NCBI GenBank assembly: GCA_041738615.1 | Contig: JBGSPL010000001.1 | Coordinates: 10,706 to 74,705 of the forward strand | Source: Patescibacteria group bacterium | GTDB taxonomy: Bacteria; Patescibacteriota; CPR2; UBA1875; CAIMLA01 | Length of the DNA stretch: 64,000 bases | Direction: 5' to 3' | Shown here: piece after piece, positions 30,714-41,576 of the stretch | Layout: the number at the start of each line of letters is the position of its first letter | Position numbering within the stretch: position 1 is the first letter of the stretch | Program-made: the position numbers and the translations under genes | Notes under the pieces: generated by a model | What the model saw: only the letters and a program-made list of their open reading frames with translations | Told to the model about the DNA's origin: nothing | Databases searched by the model: none

Positions 30714-32876
30714 ATGGATCTAAAGACGCCAATAGTTGAAGTAGCTGGTATCGGCGAGGGTCATGCGAAGCTCCTCGCTGCTCTTGGCATAGAAACTATC
30801 GAGGATTTGCTTTGGCATTTGCCTCGTCGTTGGGATGACTACTCCAACGTACTGCCGATAAACCAAATCAAGCCAGGTGTAGCGGTGAGTGTTCGTGGTA
30901 AGGTAGCGCAAATAGAGAATCGACGAATTCGGGGTGGCAAATACCTTACCCAAGCCTTGATTTCTGACGGCACTGGTCTGCTAAAAGCGGTTTGGTTCAA
31001 TCAGCCGTTCTTGACGAAAAATATTCACGTGGACGACGACATCTTTCTTGCAGGAGTCGTAGAGTTTAGTTTTGGCAGTATCCAGATGCAAAGCCCAAGC
31101 TACGAGAAGATGAGCGCTGAAGATGGCGAGACAATCCACGTGGGCCGCATCGTACCCGTATATCCAGAGACCGCAGGAGTTACTAGTAAGTGGCTGCGCA
31201 ATAAGATTCAGCCACTGATGAAATATATGTATAGCATCAAGGATTATCTCCCCGAAAGCGTAAAGACCGAGGAGAAGCTTATTGACCTGCCAGCAGCAGT
31301 ACGACAAATGCATTTTCCGGAAAACGAGGAGCAGCTTGCAAAAGCCCGGGAACGCATCGATTTTGATGAGATGTTTCTTTTACAGGCGGCAGTACTCGGC
31401 AGCAAAAAGAACCTCAAAAAAGAGCGCGCAATTGCAGTACCTTTTGATGAAGAATTGATCAAAAAATTTGTTCAAAATTTGGGATTCGAGCTCACGGTGG
31501 CACAAAAGAAATCGGCTTGGGATATCCTTCGCGATGTTGCTAAGGGGGAGCCCATGAATAGGCTGCTCCAGGGAGATGTCGGGAGTGGTAAGACAGTGGT
31601 GGCGGCCATGGCGATGCTCGATGTCGCAGCGTCTGGTTCTCAGGCAGCTTTACTTTGCCCCACTGAGATACTAGCGAAACAGCACTATGCCAAGATCTCC
31701 GAAATGTTAAAGCCCTTCGAGATGGAATGTGTGCTCCTTACTGGTAGTACTCCCAAAGAGGAGCGAATCGAGATTCTTACCAAGATTCGAGATGGGGAAG
31801 TGAAGGTCATCATCGGTACCCATGCGATATTGGAAAAGAAAGTCGAATTTTGGCGACTTGCACTGGCTATAGTGGACGAACAGCATCGATTTGGTGTGGC
31901 ACAACGGGCTGCCCTCAAGAAGGAGAACGCGAATAGTAGCACCATTCCTCACTTTCTAGCAATGACAGCAACACCAATTCCTCGCACACTTTCACTTACT
32001 GTTTATGGAGACCTAGACGTTTCTATTATTTACGAATTACCCCCTGGGAGACAGAGGGTGCTCACTAGACTGGTCCCAGAGGCGAAGCGAAATGATAGCT
32101 ACGAGTTTATTCGCAAAGAAGTAGAGTCTGGTAGGCAAGTTTATGTTGTGTGCCCGCTAGTGCAGGAGAAGGAAACCCTAGAGGTTAACAATTTGCCTTC
32201 AGATGAGGCAGAGGTTGAGAAAGAAGGTGGCCTCATGCTTTTTGGGAAAGACGAAGCCCCGGCCGTTTCTGGAGCAGAATTATCAGAAAAAGAACGCAAA
32301 TCAGTGATGAATGAGTATGAGAAGCTCTCTCGAAATGTTTTTCCACAAATGAAAGTTGATTACATTCATGGTCAGCTGAAAACAGCAGAGAAAGAGTTGG
32401 CAATGAGCCGTTTTATATCGGGCGAAACGAAAATCCTTGTCTCTTCTTCGGTTATTGAGGTGGGAGTTGACGTTCCAAATGCCACTATTATTGTTATTGA
32501 GGATGCCGAACGCTTCGGTCTTTCCCAGCTACATCAGTTTCGGGGACGGGTAGGTCGCGGTGCGCATCAGTCGTACTGCCTCCTTTTCACGAAGTCCAAG
32601 AGTGACATAGCTCAGCGAAGATTGGAGGCACTAGTGCACACCGATAATGGTTTCAAGCTAGCAGATACTGATCTTGAGATGCGCGGTCCCGGGGATTTCA
32701 TTGGCGGTAGACAACATGGGTTACCCGACATTAGTATGAGAAACCTGATGAATACGGAGCTGATTAGTCGATGTCGCGAAGCGGCAAAGAGATTTTATAC
32801 TCATGCAGATCTATCCGAATACCCATTACTTGCGGCAAGATCAGCTAAGTATACCAGTGTATTAACCCTGGAGTAG
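30714..32876 (+). CDS. recG: ATP-dependent DNA helicase RecG
   Basis: Wedge OB domain, LLQGDVGSGKT, DEQH, TATPIPR, QFRGRVGRG. Confidence 0.97.
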   Translation: MDLKTPIVEVAGIGEGHAKLLAALGIETIEDLLWHLPRRWDDYSNVLPINQIKPGVAVSVRGKVAQIENRRIRGGKYLTQALISDGTGLLKAVWFNQPFLTKNIHVDDDIFLAGVVEFSFGSIQMQSPSYEKMSAEDGETIHVGRIVPVYPETAGVTSKWLRNKIQPLMKYMYSIKDYLPESVKTEEKLIDLPAAVRQMHFPENEEQLAKARERIDFDEMFLLQAAVLGSKKNLKKERAIAVPFDEELIKKFVQNLGFELTVAQKKSAWDILRDVAKGEPMNRLLQGDVGSGKTVVAAMAMLDVAASGSQAALLCPTEILAKQHYAKISEMLKPFEMECVLLTGSTPKEERIEILTKIRDGEVKVIIGTHAILEKKVEFWRLALAIVDEQHRFGVAQRAALKKENANSSTIPHFLAMTATPIPRTLSLTVYGDLDVSIIYELPPGRQRVLTRLVPEAKRNDSYEFIRKEVESGRQVYVVCPLVQEKETLEVNNLPSDEAEVEKEGGLMLFGKDEAPAVSGAELSEKERKSVMNEYEKLSRNVFPQMKVDYIHGQLKTAEKELAMSRFISGETKILVSSSVIEVGVDVPNATIIVIEDAERFGLSQLHQFRGRVGRGAHQSYCLLFTKSKSDIAQRRLEALVHTDNGFKLADTDLEMRGPGDFIGGRQHGLPDISMRNLMNTELISRCREAAKRFYTHADLSEYPLLAARSAKYTSVLTLE

Positions 32877-32877
32877 T

Positions 32878-33294
32878 ATGGAAACAAATCTAGAGGAAGC
32901 AAAGAAGTCTAAGATTCGCGAACAGGTCGGGATTTTGTTGGTTTGTTTGGTACTTGCTGGAAGTGGGGTGCTCCTGCTCAAGGAAAAACCAGAATCTGGG
33001 ACTATGAGCTTTTCTTCTGGCAATGGCAAGGTTTTGGAAGCCAATTCGAACGCATCTACGAAATCATCAGCCAATTCCTCAGCAGCTGAGCCAGCAATTT
33101 CGACGAAGATAAATATAAACACGGCTTCGCTCGAAGATTTAGATAAACTCCCCGGGGTTGGTCCAGCAACGGCACAGAAAATAATCGATTATCGAAACCA
33201 GAACGGACTGTTTCCGAGCATTGAGGCTATTGATGGCGTCTCTGGTATTGGCCCCTCGAAGTACTCACAAATGAAAGACATGATAAGTATTTAG
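32878..33294 (+). CDS. comEA: ComEA-like helix-hairpin-helix DNA-binding protein
   Basis: TM helix, linker, ININTA..EDLDKLPGVGP..A.KII.YR, V.GIG. Confidence 0.88.
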   Translation: METNLEEAKKSKIREQVGILLVCLVLAGSGVLLLKEKPESGTMSFSSGNGKVLEANSNASTKSSANSSAAEPAISTKININTASLEDLDKLPGVGPATAQKIIDYRNQNGLFPSIEAIDGVSGIGPSKYSQMKDMISI

Positions 33295-33305
33295 CTAGAT
33301 ATTAC

Positions 33306-33334
33306 TTGAAATAATTCCATTTTTGGCTTAGAAT
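33306..33334 (+). promoter_or_regulatory. Promoter of cassette 2
   Basis: TTGAAA-17-TAGAAT. Confidence 0.7.
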
Positions 33335-33368
33335 GCCCTCACGCTGTCAGCTGGAGGGAGGGTTGTTA

Positions 33369-33971
33369 ATGGAAAAGCGACATGCGTTGCTCTCTGTCTT
33401 TGACAAGACGGGGATTGTTGAGTTCGCAACTGGACTCGTGAGTTTCGGTTTCGTGTTGATTGCCTCAGGGGGTACTGCGGCGGTTTTGCGCGAGGCTGGG
33501 CTCGAAGTGATTGATACGGCCGACCTTGTTGGTGGCCCGATTCTCGGGCATCGTGTCGTCACGCTGTCTCGCGAGATTCACGCCGGTATCCTGGCCAAGG
33601 ACAACGAGGAGGACCGAGCGGAGCTTGCACGGCTCGGCATCAACTTCATCGATCTCGTGGGGGTAGACCTTTACCCGCTCGAAGGTATGGTCGAGAAGGA
33701 AGGGGTCACAGAGGCGGAGGTCATCGAGATGACTGATGTCGGTGGTCCGACGATGCTACATGCGGCCGCAAAGGGTCGCCGCATTGTGGTCACACCTCAG
33801 GACTACGATGAGGTCCTCGACTGGCTCGGTCAGGACGAGCCTGACCCTGTCGAGTTCCGGCGGAATCTGGCCTTCGTGGCAGAACTCACGGCACTGGAGC
33901 ACCTCGAAGCCTCGGCTGCGTACATCGCCAAGGTTGCGGGGATCGAATTCGTCGACGACGAGGAGGACTAG
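33369..33971 (+). CDS. Stand-alone IMP cyclohydrolase (PurH N-terminal MGS-like) domain protein
   Basis: ALLSVFDKTGIVEFA, ASGGTA, RVVTL, IDLV.VDLYP, DVGGPTML.AAAK; ends without AICAR transformylase domain; GC3-rich. Confidence 0.8.
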   Translation: MEKRHALLSVFDKTGIVEFATGLVSFGFVLIASGGTAAVLREAGLEVIDTADLVGGPILGHRVVTLSREIHAGILAKDNEEDRAELARLGINFIDLVGVDLYPLEGMVEKEGVTEAEVIEMTDVGGPTMLHAAAKGRRIVVTPQDYDEVLDWLGQDEPDPVEFRRNLAFVAELTALEHLEASAAYIAKVAGIEFVDDEED

Positions 33972-34000
33972 TCCGCGTCAGAACGTGCAACTGCACGACC

Positions 34001-34030
34001 GGGTCCGCTATACCCCTAGCGGACCCTCTT
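34001..34030 (+). terminator. Hairpin closing cassette 2
   Basis: GGGTCCGCTA-tacccc-TAGCGGACCC followed by TCTT. Confidence 0.65.
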
Positions 34031-34093
34031 CATTTTGATACTGTTGAAAAGAGCAGAGAATTATAGTAAAATAGTCCAAGTCTCACGTACCGT

Positions 34094-34178
34094 GCCTCGG
34101 TGGTGAAACTGGTATACACGCTAGTTTTAGGAACTAGTGCCGCAAGGCGTGGAGGTTCGATTCCTCTCCGAGGCACCA
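34094..34178 (+). tRNA. tRNA-Leu(TAG)
   Basis: CTAGT-TTTAGGA-ACTAG anticodon arm, long variable arm, CCA; promoter TTGAAA-17-TAAAAT at 34044-34072. Confidence 0.95.
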
Positions 34179-34312
34179 CTTTTACGACAAATATCTTCGA
34201 TTTTTGTGGGGACGAGGGAAACAGAGAGAAGATAATGGGGCCGTTTGGGCCTTTTTTCATTACTTCCTAGATATGGTATTATTTATAGCAGAATAACCAA
34301 AGGAGAACTGAA

Positions 34313-34624
34313 GTGGGTGAATTTGACCAACCAGATGGAAGTGATTTTGTAGCAGCGCCAGTGGAGTTAGCAGAAGTTAGTGACTCATCAGAGACAGTTA
34401 GACCAGAGCCCTTGTTTGGCAAGCAAAACGTTGTTGACTTTGCGCTTGATGGTAATCCAACGGAAGATTTTCAAAAAGTTGGAGCTATAGATACGTATCA
34501 TTTTGATGAAACAACCAGCTCCTGGAAATATAATATCAAGGAGGAGGGCACAGGGACTTTACACTTAGATGTAGATGAATCGCTGATATATATTGAGGAT
34601 CTGGGAATTGAGAGGAGCAAATAA
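34313..34624 (+). CDS. Hypothetical acidic protein
   Basis: AAGGAG RBS, GTG start, stop overlaps trxA start (TAATG). Confidence 0.65.
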   Translation: MGEFDQPDGSDFVAAPVELAEVSDSSETVRPEPLFGKQNVVDFALDGNPTEDFQKVGAIDTYHFDETTSSWKYNIKEEGTGTLHLDVDESLIYIEDLGIERSK

Positions 34625-34941
34625 TGCTTACACTAACAGATGAGAATTTTGAAGCAGAAGTTTTGCAGAGCAAAACGCCAGTAATAGTTGACTTTTTTGC
34701 AGAATGGTGCGGACCTTGCAAGATGATGGGGCCTATCTTCGAAGAGGTTGGCGCAAAATATGAAGGCAAAGTGAAATTTGTGAAGGTTAACGTAGACGAA
34801 GCACGTGAGACTGCCATGAAATATGGTGTGATGAGCATCCCCACGGTAATTACATATAGGGGCGGGGAAGTCGCTGAGACCATGGTAGGGCTTCAGGACG
34901 AAACCGCACTAGCTGCTAAGGCAGAGGAACTGCTAAGGTAA
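34624..34941 (+). CDS. trxA: Thioredoxin
   Basis: WCGPC active site. Confidence 0.97.
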   Translation: MLTLTDENFEAEVLQSKTPVIVDFFAEWCGPCKMMGPIFEEVGAKYEGKVKFVKVNVDEARETAMKYGVMSIPTVITYRGGEVAETMVGLQDETALAAKAEELLR

Positions 34942-34972
34942 ATTAAATTCTAGGAATGCAGGAACCCCTTCC

Positions 34973-35037
34973 TGTCATTCCGACCGGAGTGGAGGAATCT
35001 CGGTAAAAGAGATCTTTCGACTACGCTCGAGATGACA
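34973..35037. repeat. Inverted doublet of GTCATT-type REP-like palindromes
   Basis: TGTCATTCCGA...GGAATCTC facing GAGATCT...TCGAGATGACA. Confidence 0.7.
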
Positions 35038-35061
35038 TAAGGGGTTTTGTGAAGGAGAAAG

Positions 35062-36348
35062 ATGAACGTAACACGAGAAAATCTAAAAGACGGTAAAGTA
35101 AAACTAACCATCGAGGTTGAGGCAGGGAAGATTGTTCTGGCGTCCGACCAGGTGTATGCAAAGCTAGCACCTACAGTAAAAGTAGCGGGTTTCCGTCCTG
35201 GTAAAGCCCCAAAGAACATCGTCGAGAAAGAAATTGGTACAGAGCGATTTGAAGCTGAAATTTTGGATATCCTCCTTCCTCAGACTTATTACGAAGCAGT
35301 GATGCAGGAGAAGCTAGAGGTTGTTGGCGCTCCCGAGGTAAAACTTGTGAAGTTTGTACCTACAGACGGCCTTACCTATGAGGCAGTGGTTGAGATTATG
35401 CCAGAAATCGTGATTCCAGAACTCAAGAAAGTTTCTGTCAAAAAGCAAAAAGTAGAAGTGAAAAAAGAGGAAGTTCAGGAAGTTCTTGCCGACCTTGCAA
35501 AGCAGCTTCAGAAATTTCAAGTGGTCGAGCGCGTTGCCAAGAAGGGCGACCGCGTAGAAATCGACTTTGATGGCTACCTCAAAGGGCTACCTTTTGACGG
35601 TGGTAAGAGCCAGAATCATCCTCTAGTACTAGGTTCAGGTTCTTTTATCTATGGATTTGAGGAGCAGCTCGAGGGGGTTAAGGCCAATGACGAAAAAGAT
35701 GTCGAGGTCACATTCCCCAAGGATTATCACGCCGAAAATCTAAAGGGTGAGAAAGTCACCTTTAAGGTCAAGGTTCATACAGTAGAAGAAATTATCCTTC
35801 CAGAAATCAATGATGCTTTTGCCAAGGAGGTTGGAACATTCAAGGACCTGGATACCTTAAAGGCAGATATCGAGAAGCAACTTCTCTTTACTAAAGAAAC
35901 TCAGGAGAGGCATCGTCTCGAGGACGAAATCCTGACTGCAATTGCCGAAAAGGCGAAGTTTGCAGTACCTCAGGGGCTAGTTACTCAGGAACAGCATCGT
36001 TTGATGCACGATGCCGAAAACAACTTGGCGCAGCAGGGGATGCAGATGGCGCAGTACCTCGAAATGATCAAGAAAACTCCAGAAGAGGTCGAAGCCGAGA
36101 TGAAGCCAGAGGCAGAGAAACGGGTGAAGGTCGGAATGATTCTGACTCAAGTGGCCAAAGATGGTGGATACAAGGCTACCGAGGTAGAGATTGCAAAAGC
36201 TGTAGAGGATCGTATCAAGTCACATCCAGAAGCCCAGGCCGAGGAAGCACGTAAATACTATGAGTCTCATGACGGTCAGCACGCTCTAGAGAATGCGATT
36301 ATAGGGACGAAAGTTCTGGATTACCTATTAGAAACCTGCAGTAAATAA
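35062..36348 (+). CDS. tig: Trigger factor
   Basis: GFRPGKAP ribosome-binding motif, FKBP domain (FPKDYHAE.L.G). Confidence 0.97.
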   Translation: MNVTRENLKDGKVKLTIEVEAGKIVLASDQVYAKLAPTVKVAGFRPGKAPKNIVEKEIGTERFEAEILDILLPQTYYEAVMQEKLEVVGAPEVKLVKFVPTDGLTYEAVVEIMPEIVIPELKKVSVKKQKVEVKKEEVQEVLADLAKQLQKFQVVERVAKKGDRVEIDFDGYLKGLPFDGGKSQNHPLVLGSGSFIYGFEEQLEGVKANDEKDVEVTFPKDYHAENLKGEKVTFKVKVHTVEEIILPEINDAFAKEVGTFKDLDTLKADIEKQLLFTKETQERHRLEDEILTAIAEKAKFAVPQGLVTQEQHRLMHDAENNLAQQGMQMAQYLEMIKKTPEEVEAEMKPEAEKRVKVGMILTQVAKDGGYKATEVEIAKAVEDRIKSHPEAQAEEARKYYESHDGQHALENAIIGTKVLDYLLETCSK

Positions 36349-36360
36349 ACATAACTATCC

Positions 36361-36391
36361 AAAGAAGCCGTATATAAGTGCGGCTTCTTTT
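36361..36391 (+). terminator. tig terminator
   Basis: AAAGAAGCCG/CGGCTTCTTTTT. Confidence 0.75.
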
Positions 36392-36436
36392 TGCTTGTGG
36401 TAAAATATTACTACTCGAATACGAAAGGGGAACACC

Positions 36437-37039
36437 ATGAACGAAAGAAACCAAATCCTGATACCGACTGTGATTCAGAAAACCTCGCTAGGGGAGAGGG
36501 CTTACGATATTTATAGCAAGCTTCTCGAGGATCGCATCATTTTTCTCGGGACGGGGATAGACGACACTGTCGCAAATATAGTAATAGCTCAGCTTCTTTA
36601 TCTTGAGAGCGTCGACACCAAGAAGGACATCACGATGTATATCAATAGCCCCGGTGGAAGCGTCAGCTCTGCTATGGCCATCCTGGATACTATGAATTTT
36701 GTTGGCCCAGATGTTTCTACCGTCTGTATCGGTATGGCAGCTAGTGCAGCAGCGGTACTTCTCTCGGCTGGTAAGAAGGGGAAGCGCTTTACCTTGCCAA
36801 ACTCCAGGGTTCTTATACACCAACCTCTTGTAGAAGGTATGGGCGGACAAGCAACTGATATAGAGATACATACCAAGGAGCTGCTTCGTATCAAGAAAGA
36901 GCTTGCAACTATTCTGTCCAATAATACCGGGCAGTCTATGACGAAGATTAATAACGATGTGGAGCGCGACTATATTCTCTCAGCTGAGGAAGCGAAGAAG
37001 TATGGCCTAGTAGACGAAATAATTAGAAAGAGGAAATAG
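36437..37039 (+). CDS. clpP: ClpP protease proteolytic subunit
   Basis: [30 protein letters not shown]. Confidence 0.97.
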   Translation: MNERNQILIPTVIQKTSLGERAYDIYSKLLEDRIIFLGTGIDDTVANIVIAQLLYLESVDTKKDITMYINSPGGSVSSAMAILDTMNFVGPDVSTVCIGMAASAAAVLLSAGKKGKRFTLPNSRVLIHQPLVEGMGGQATDIEIHTKELLRIKKELATILSNNTGQSMTKINNDVERDYILSAEEAKKYGLVDEIIRKRK

Positions 37040-37999
37040 ATGAAACTTCGAGAGATTTACGAGCTTTTTGTCGAAAAGGGTATACAGAACGACCCCCGTG
37101 AAGAGACACGGATAGAGAAGCTACTCGCAAGCGAGAAGAAGAAATACGACAAGTTGGAGAAGGACGAGGAACAGTATTATGACAAAGAACGTCTGGTAAA
37201 TCCATTTGCGGATACGCGCATTCTTACAGGTGACGAAAACACCGACGTAAAGCGCATTTTGGTTGGCGTCGATATGGAAGTAGGGGAAGTCCTGCTTGCC
37301 GACCGACTTACCGAGAAAGGGCAACAGATTGACCTAATTTTGGCACACCATCCAGAGGGTACCGCCCTGGCTGCGCTTAGCGATGTTATGAATATCCAGT
37401 CGGATGTCTTGAATCTTTATGGCGTCCCTATCAATGTGGCAGAGGGGACCATCGCAGGTAGGATCTCCGAGGTATCCCGTGGTATTGCTCCAGTGAATCA
37501 CCAACGAGCCGTGGACGCAGCTAGACTGCTCGGTTTCCCTATGATGTGCTCGCATACTGTGGCTGACAACATGGTGTACACCTTTGTTAAAGACATTATG
37601 GAAAAGAAAAAACCCGATACGGTGGGTGAGGTGTTAGATCTACTTATGGAAATACCGGAGTATCGGGAAGGCAAGAAGCTAGGCGCAGGTCCACGGCTAT
37701 TTACGGGAAACAAGGAGAATAGAGCGGGTAAGATCGCAGTTACCGAGATGACAGGCGGTACTAGTGGTGCTAAGGAAATGTTTGAGAAGATGTCACACGC
37801 CGGAATCGGAACCATCATCGGGATGCACATGGGCGAGGAACACCGCAAAGAGGCCGAGAAGAATCACCTGAACGTAGTTATCGCTGGACACATGGCCTCT
37901 GATTCTCTCGGCATGAACCTACTTCTCGACGAAATCGAGAAAAAGGGAGTGGAAATTGTCCCAGTTTCTGGGCTGCTTAGAGTAAGTCGAAATAGTTGA
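37040..37999 (+). CDS. Nif3-like dinuclear metal-centre protein
   Basis: LAHHP, HTVAD, GMH, AGHMASDSLG metal-ligand motifs. Confidence 0.8.
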   Translation: MKLREIYELFVEKGIQNDPREETRIEKLLASEKKKYDKLEKDEEQYYDKERLVNPFADTRILTGDENTDVKRILVGVDMEVGEVLLADRLTEKGQQIDLILAHHPEGTALAALSDVMNIQSDVLNLYGVPINVAEGTIAGRISEVSRGIAPVNHQRAVDAARLLGFPMMCSHTVADNMVYTFVKDIMEKKKPDTVGEVLDLLMEIPEYREGKKLGAGPRLFTGNKENRAGKIAVTEMTGGTSGAKEMFEKMSHAGIGTIIGMHMGEEHRKEAEKNHLNVVIAGHMASDSLGMNLLLDEIEKKGVEIVPVSGLLRVSRNS

Positions 38000-38166
38000 C
38001 ATCGCGCCCCTTTTAGTGTAAATTTTGTAGTACAGCTTAACGGAATAAAAGAAAAACGGGAGTCGAAAATACCGATTCCTTGCTCTTTTCTTTTATGGGC
38101 ACTACAACGAGAATAACGAATTACCCTTATATATAAGTAAAATCATTAATTAAGGAGCGAGCTTTT

Positions 38167-41100
38167 ATGGCCAAAAAATCGCTAGAATTCGCGTCATCGT
38201 CAAAGACGGGTCGCAAATATCTCAACCCATCCCCGGACGTTCTGCAGCTACCAAACTTGACAGAAGTCCAAACAGACAGCTTCAACTGGTTCATTCGAGA
38301 GGGACTAGCAGAGCTGTTCGAAGAGGTTTCACCTCTAGACGACTACACCGGCAAGCTAATGTCCATCTCTTTCAAGGACTACTGGCTTGGCGACCCCAAG
38401 TACTCAGAGCTAGTCTCTAAGGAGAAGAAAGTTACCTACGAAGCACCTCTAAAGGCAAACGTAGAGCTTACGATCAAAGAGACCGGCAAAAAGAAAATCC
38501 AAGAAGTTTTTCTTGGTGATATGCCCGTGATGACAGGTCGCGGTACTTTTATTATTAATGGTGTAGAGCGCGTTGTCGTTTCACAGCTAGTACGTTCCCC
38601 AGGAGTTTACTTCACCTCAGAAGAGCTCACAGCGGGAACTTTTTTTGGCGCCAAGGTTATTCCTGGACGCGGTGCATGGCTCGAAATCGAGACAGCGCCT
38701 CAGGATGGCATCTACGCCAAGATCGATCGCAAGCGTAAGATTCCTATTACCACATTACTTCGTGCTTTCGGTTACTCTACTGACGAGGAAATTAAAGCTC
38801 TGTTCCATGATGTAAACACCAACAAAGAGCGTGACTACATCGCAAACACTCTCGAAAAGGATCCTTCACGCAATCAGGGTGAGGCATTCGTAGAAGTTTA
38901 CAAACGTATTCGTCCAGGGGATTTGGCCACCGTGGAGAATGCTCGCAGCTTTATCGAAGGTATGTTCTTCGACGTGAAGAAATATGACCTCTCTCGTGTT
39001 GGTCGTTACAAGACCAACAAACGTCTTGGCGTTGACATCAAGAATGTTCGTGCCAACCGTGCCTTCCGCAAGGAAGACTTAGTCGCTATCGTTAAGGAAA
39101 TTATTCGTTTGAACAATGAAGGTGGCGTCGCTGACGACATCGACCATATGGGTAACCGTCGTGTTCGTACTGTTGGAGAACTTATCCAGCAGAAGTTCCG
39201 CATCGGTCTGACTCGTACCGAACGTAACATAAAAGATCGTATGTCTATCTATGACACCGAGACAGTTACGGCGTCTCAACTTATCAATGTGCGTCCAATC
39301 GTCGCATCGGTTCGCGAGTTCTTTGCTAGTTCACAGCTTTCACAGTTTATGGACCAAACAAATCCTCTTACAGAGCTCGCTCACAAGCGTCGTCTGTCCT
39401 CTCTGGGGCCAGGCGGACTCTCACGTGAACGTGCTGGTTTTGAGGTTCGTGACGTTCACAAGACTCACTACGGTCGCATCTGTCCTATTGAGACTCCAGA
39501 AGGACCGAACATTGGTCTTGTAAACTCACTCGCATCATTTGCAAAGATCAACAGCTATGGCTTCATCGAGACTCCATATCGAGTGGTTGAGAAGGACAAA
39601 AATGGCAAGCCTTGCGCTACTGGCAAGATTGTTTACCTTGCTGCCGATGATGAGGAAAACAGCATTATCGCTCAGGCTACTACACTAGTAGATGAAAAAG
39701 GTCATTTTGTTAGCGCTACTGCTATTGCTCGTCGACACGGGGAAGCGGACGAAGTCCCTGTCGCCGAAGTTGACTATATCGACGTCGCTACAGAGCAACC
39801 AGTAAGCATCTCGACCTCATTGATTCCTTTTGTAGAACACGATGATGCACGTCGCGCGCTGATGGGTGCCAACATGCAACGTCAGGCTGTTTCGGTTGTG
39901 AAGCCACAGGCTCCAATCGTTGGTACTGGTAACGAAGCTAAGGTAGCGGAAGACTCTGGACAGATTGTTCAGGCAAAAGCTGCAGGTGAAATCGTTGCTG
40001 TATCTGCGGACACAATCAAGATTAAATATACAGACGGCAAGGAAGAAATTATCCTTCTGAACAAGTTTGCCCAGACCAATTCCGATACTTGTATCAATCA
40101 ACATCCACGCGTTGCGACAGGCCAGAAAGTAAAGAAGGGTGACCTTCTTGCTGACGGCGCTGCTACCGAAGGTGGTGAGCTAGCACTGGGACAGAATGTG
40201 CTGGTTGGTTACATGACTTGGCAGGGTAACAACTTCGAGGATGCTATCGTCCTTTCACAGAGACTAGTGGAAGATGATCGTTATACATCTATCCATCTAG
40301 AAGAGTTCCACATCGACGTGCGCGACACTAAGCTCGGGCCAGAGGTTATCACTCGTGATATCCCAAATGTTGGTGATGAGGCACTTCGCGACCTAGACGA
40401 AGAGGGTATTATCCGTGAAGGCGCCGAAGTCGTTGCTGGTGACATTCTAGTTGGAAAGATTACACCAAAGGGAGAGACCGAGCTTACAGCAGAGGAGCGC
40501 CTATTGCGTGCTATCTTCGGTGAGAAGGCTCGTGACGTAAAAGATAGCTCACTTCGTGTTCCACCTGGAGTACACGGCAAGATCATAAGCATTGGCACCA
40601 AGTCTCGCGACAAGGGTGACGAGCTTCCAGCCGGTGTTATCACTCAGGTTTATGTCATGATTGCTCAGATGCGCAAGATTGCGGTCGGAGACAAGATGGC
40701 AGGACGTCATGGTAACAAGGGCGTTATCGCGCGTATTCTTCCTATCGAAGATATGCCATACCTAGAGGACGGCACTCCACTAGATGTGCTTCTAAATCCA
40801 CAAGGTATTTCATCTCGTTTGAACTTTGGCCAGGTGCTCGAAACTCATCTTGGTTGGGCTGCAGCTGCGCTTGGTATCACCATCGCGTCTCCAGTATTCA
40901 ACGGAGTAAAAGTAGATCAGATCAAGCAGCTTCTAGGCGAGGCCGGACTAGCAGAGGACGGTCGTTCACAGCTTTACGACGGACGTACTGGCGAACCATT
41001 TGCAGAACGTACTGTTGTTGGTTACAAATACTTCTTGAAGCTTCTTCACCTAGTCGAAGACAAGATTCACGCTCGTTCTATCGGGCCGTACGCTATGGTT

Positions 41101-41562
41101 ACTCAGCAGCCACTTGGTGGTAAAGCTCAGTTTGGTGGCCAGAGATTCGGTGAGATGGAAGTATGGGCACTTGAGGCATATGGTGCCGCTCATACCCTAC
41201 AAGAAATTCTGACTATCAAATCCGACGATGTTATCGGCCGTTCCAAGGCTTACGAGTCTACGATCAAGGGTGAGGACATCAAGGAGCCACGAGTTCCAGA
41301 GTCCTTCAACGTTCTTGTAAAAGAGCTTCAGGGCTTGGGTCTAGAAGTAGACCTCATCCAAGAGGACAAGACAGGCGACGTTGCCATAGAAGCAGAGAAG
41401 CTTATCGAAGAGAGCTACGAAGAGAATATCAGGGAGCTCAAAGGACAGCCCCTAATGGTAGGGGACCGTGCCGAGGACGAGTTACCTGCAGTTGATGTCG
41501 ATGCCGACAAAGCGATAGACGACTTTGAAGTACTAGAAGAAATGCCTCAGGGCGAGAAATAG
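38167..41562 (+). CDS. rpoB: RNA polymerase beta subunit
   Basis: [54 protein letters not shown]. Confidence 0.99.
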   Translation: MAKKSLEFASSSKTGRKYLNPSPDVLQLPNLTEVQTDSFNWFIREGLAELFEEVSPLDDYTGKLMSISFKDYWLGDPKYSELVSKEKKVTYEAPLKANVELTIKETGKKKIQEVFLGDMPVMTGRGTFIINGVERVVVSQLVRSPGVYFTSEELTAGTFFGAKVIPGRGAWLEIETAPQDGIYAKIDRKRKIPITTLLRAFGYSTDEEIKALFHDVNTNKERDYIANTLEKDPSRNQGEAFVEVYKRIRPGDLATVENARSFIEGMFFDVKKYDLSRVGRYKTNKRLGVDIKNVRANRAFRKEDLVAIVKEIIRLNNEGGVADDIDHMGNRRVRTVGELIQQKFRIGLTRTERNIKDRMSIYDTETVTASQLINVRPIVASVREFFASSQLSQFMDQTNPLTELAHKRRLSSLGPGGLSRERAGFEVRDVHKTHYGRICPIETPEGPNIGLVNSLASFAKINSYGFIETPYRVVEKDKNGKPCATGKIVYLAADDEENSIIAQATTLVDEKGHFVSATAIARRHGEADEVPVAEVDYIDVATEQPVSISTSLIPFVEHDDARRALMGANMQRQAVSVVKPQAPIVGTGNEAKVAEDSGQIVQAKAAGEIVAVSADTIKIKYTDGKEEIILLNKFAQTNSDTCINQHPRVATGQKVKKGDLLADGAATEGGELALGQNVLVGYMTWQGNNFEDAIVLSQRLVEDDRYTSIHLEEFHIDVRDTKLGPEVITRDIPNVGDEALRDLDEEGIIREGAEVVAGDILVGKITPKGETELTAEERLLRAIFGEKARDVKDSSLRVPPGVHGKIISIGTKSRDKGDELPAGVITQVYVMIAQMRKIAVGDKMAGRHGNKGVIARILPIEDMPYLEDGTPLDVLLNPQGISSRLNFGQVLETHLGWAAAALGITIASPVFNGVKVDQIKQLLGEAGLAEDGRSQLYDGRTGEPFAERTVVGYKYFLKLLHLVEDKIHARSIGPYAMVTQQPLGGKAQFGGQRFGEMEVWALEAYGAAHTLQEILTIKSDDVIGRSKAYESTIKGEDIKEPRVPESFNVLVKELQGLGLEVDLIQEDKTGDVAIEAEKLIEESYEENIRELKGQPLMVGDRAEDELPAVDVDADKAIDDFEVLEEMPQGEK

Positions 41563-41576
41563 GCGAGGAGAGAAAA

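Noticed and set aside
34030-34260. 76-aa minus-strand ORF
   Set aside because: Antisense to tRNA-Leu(TAG).
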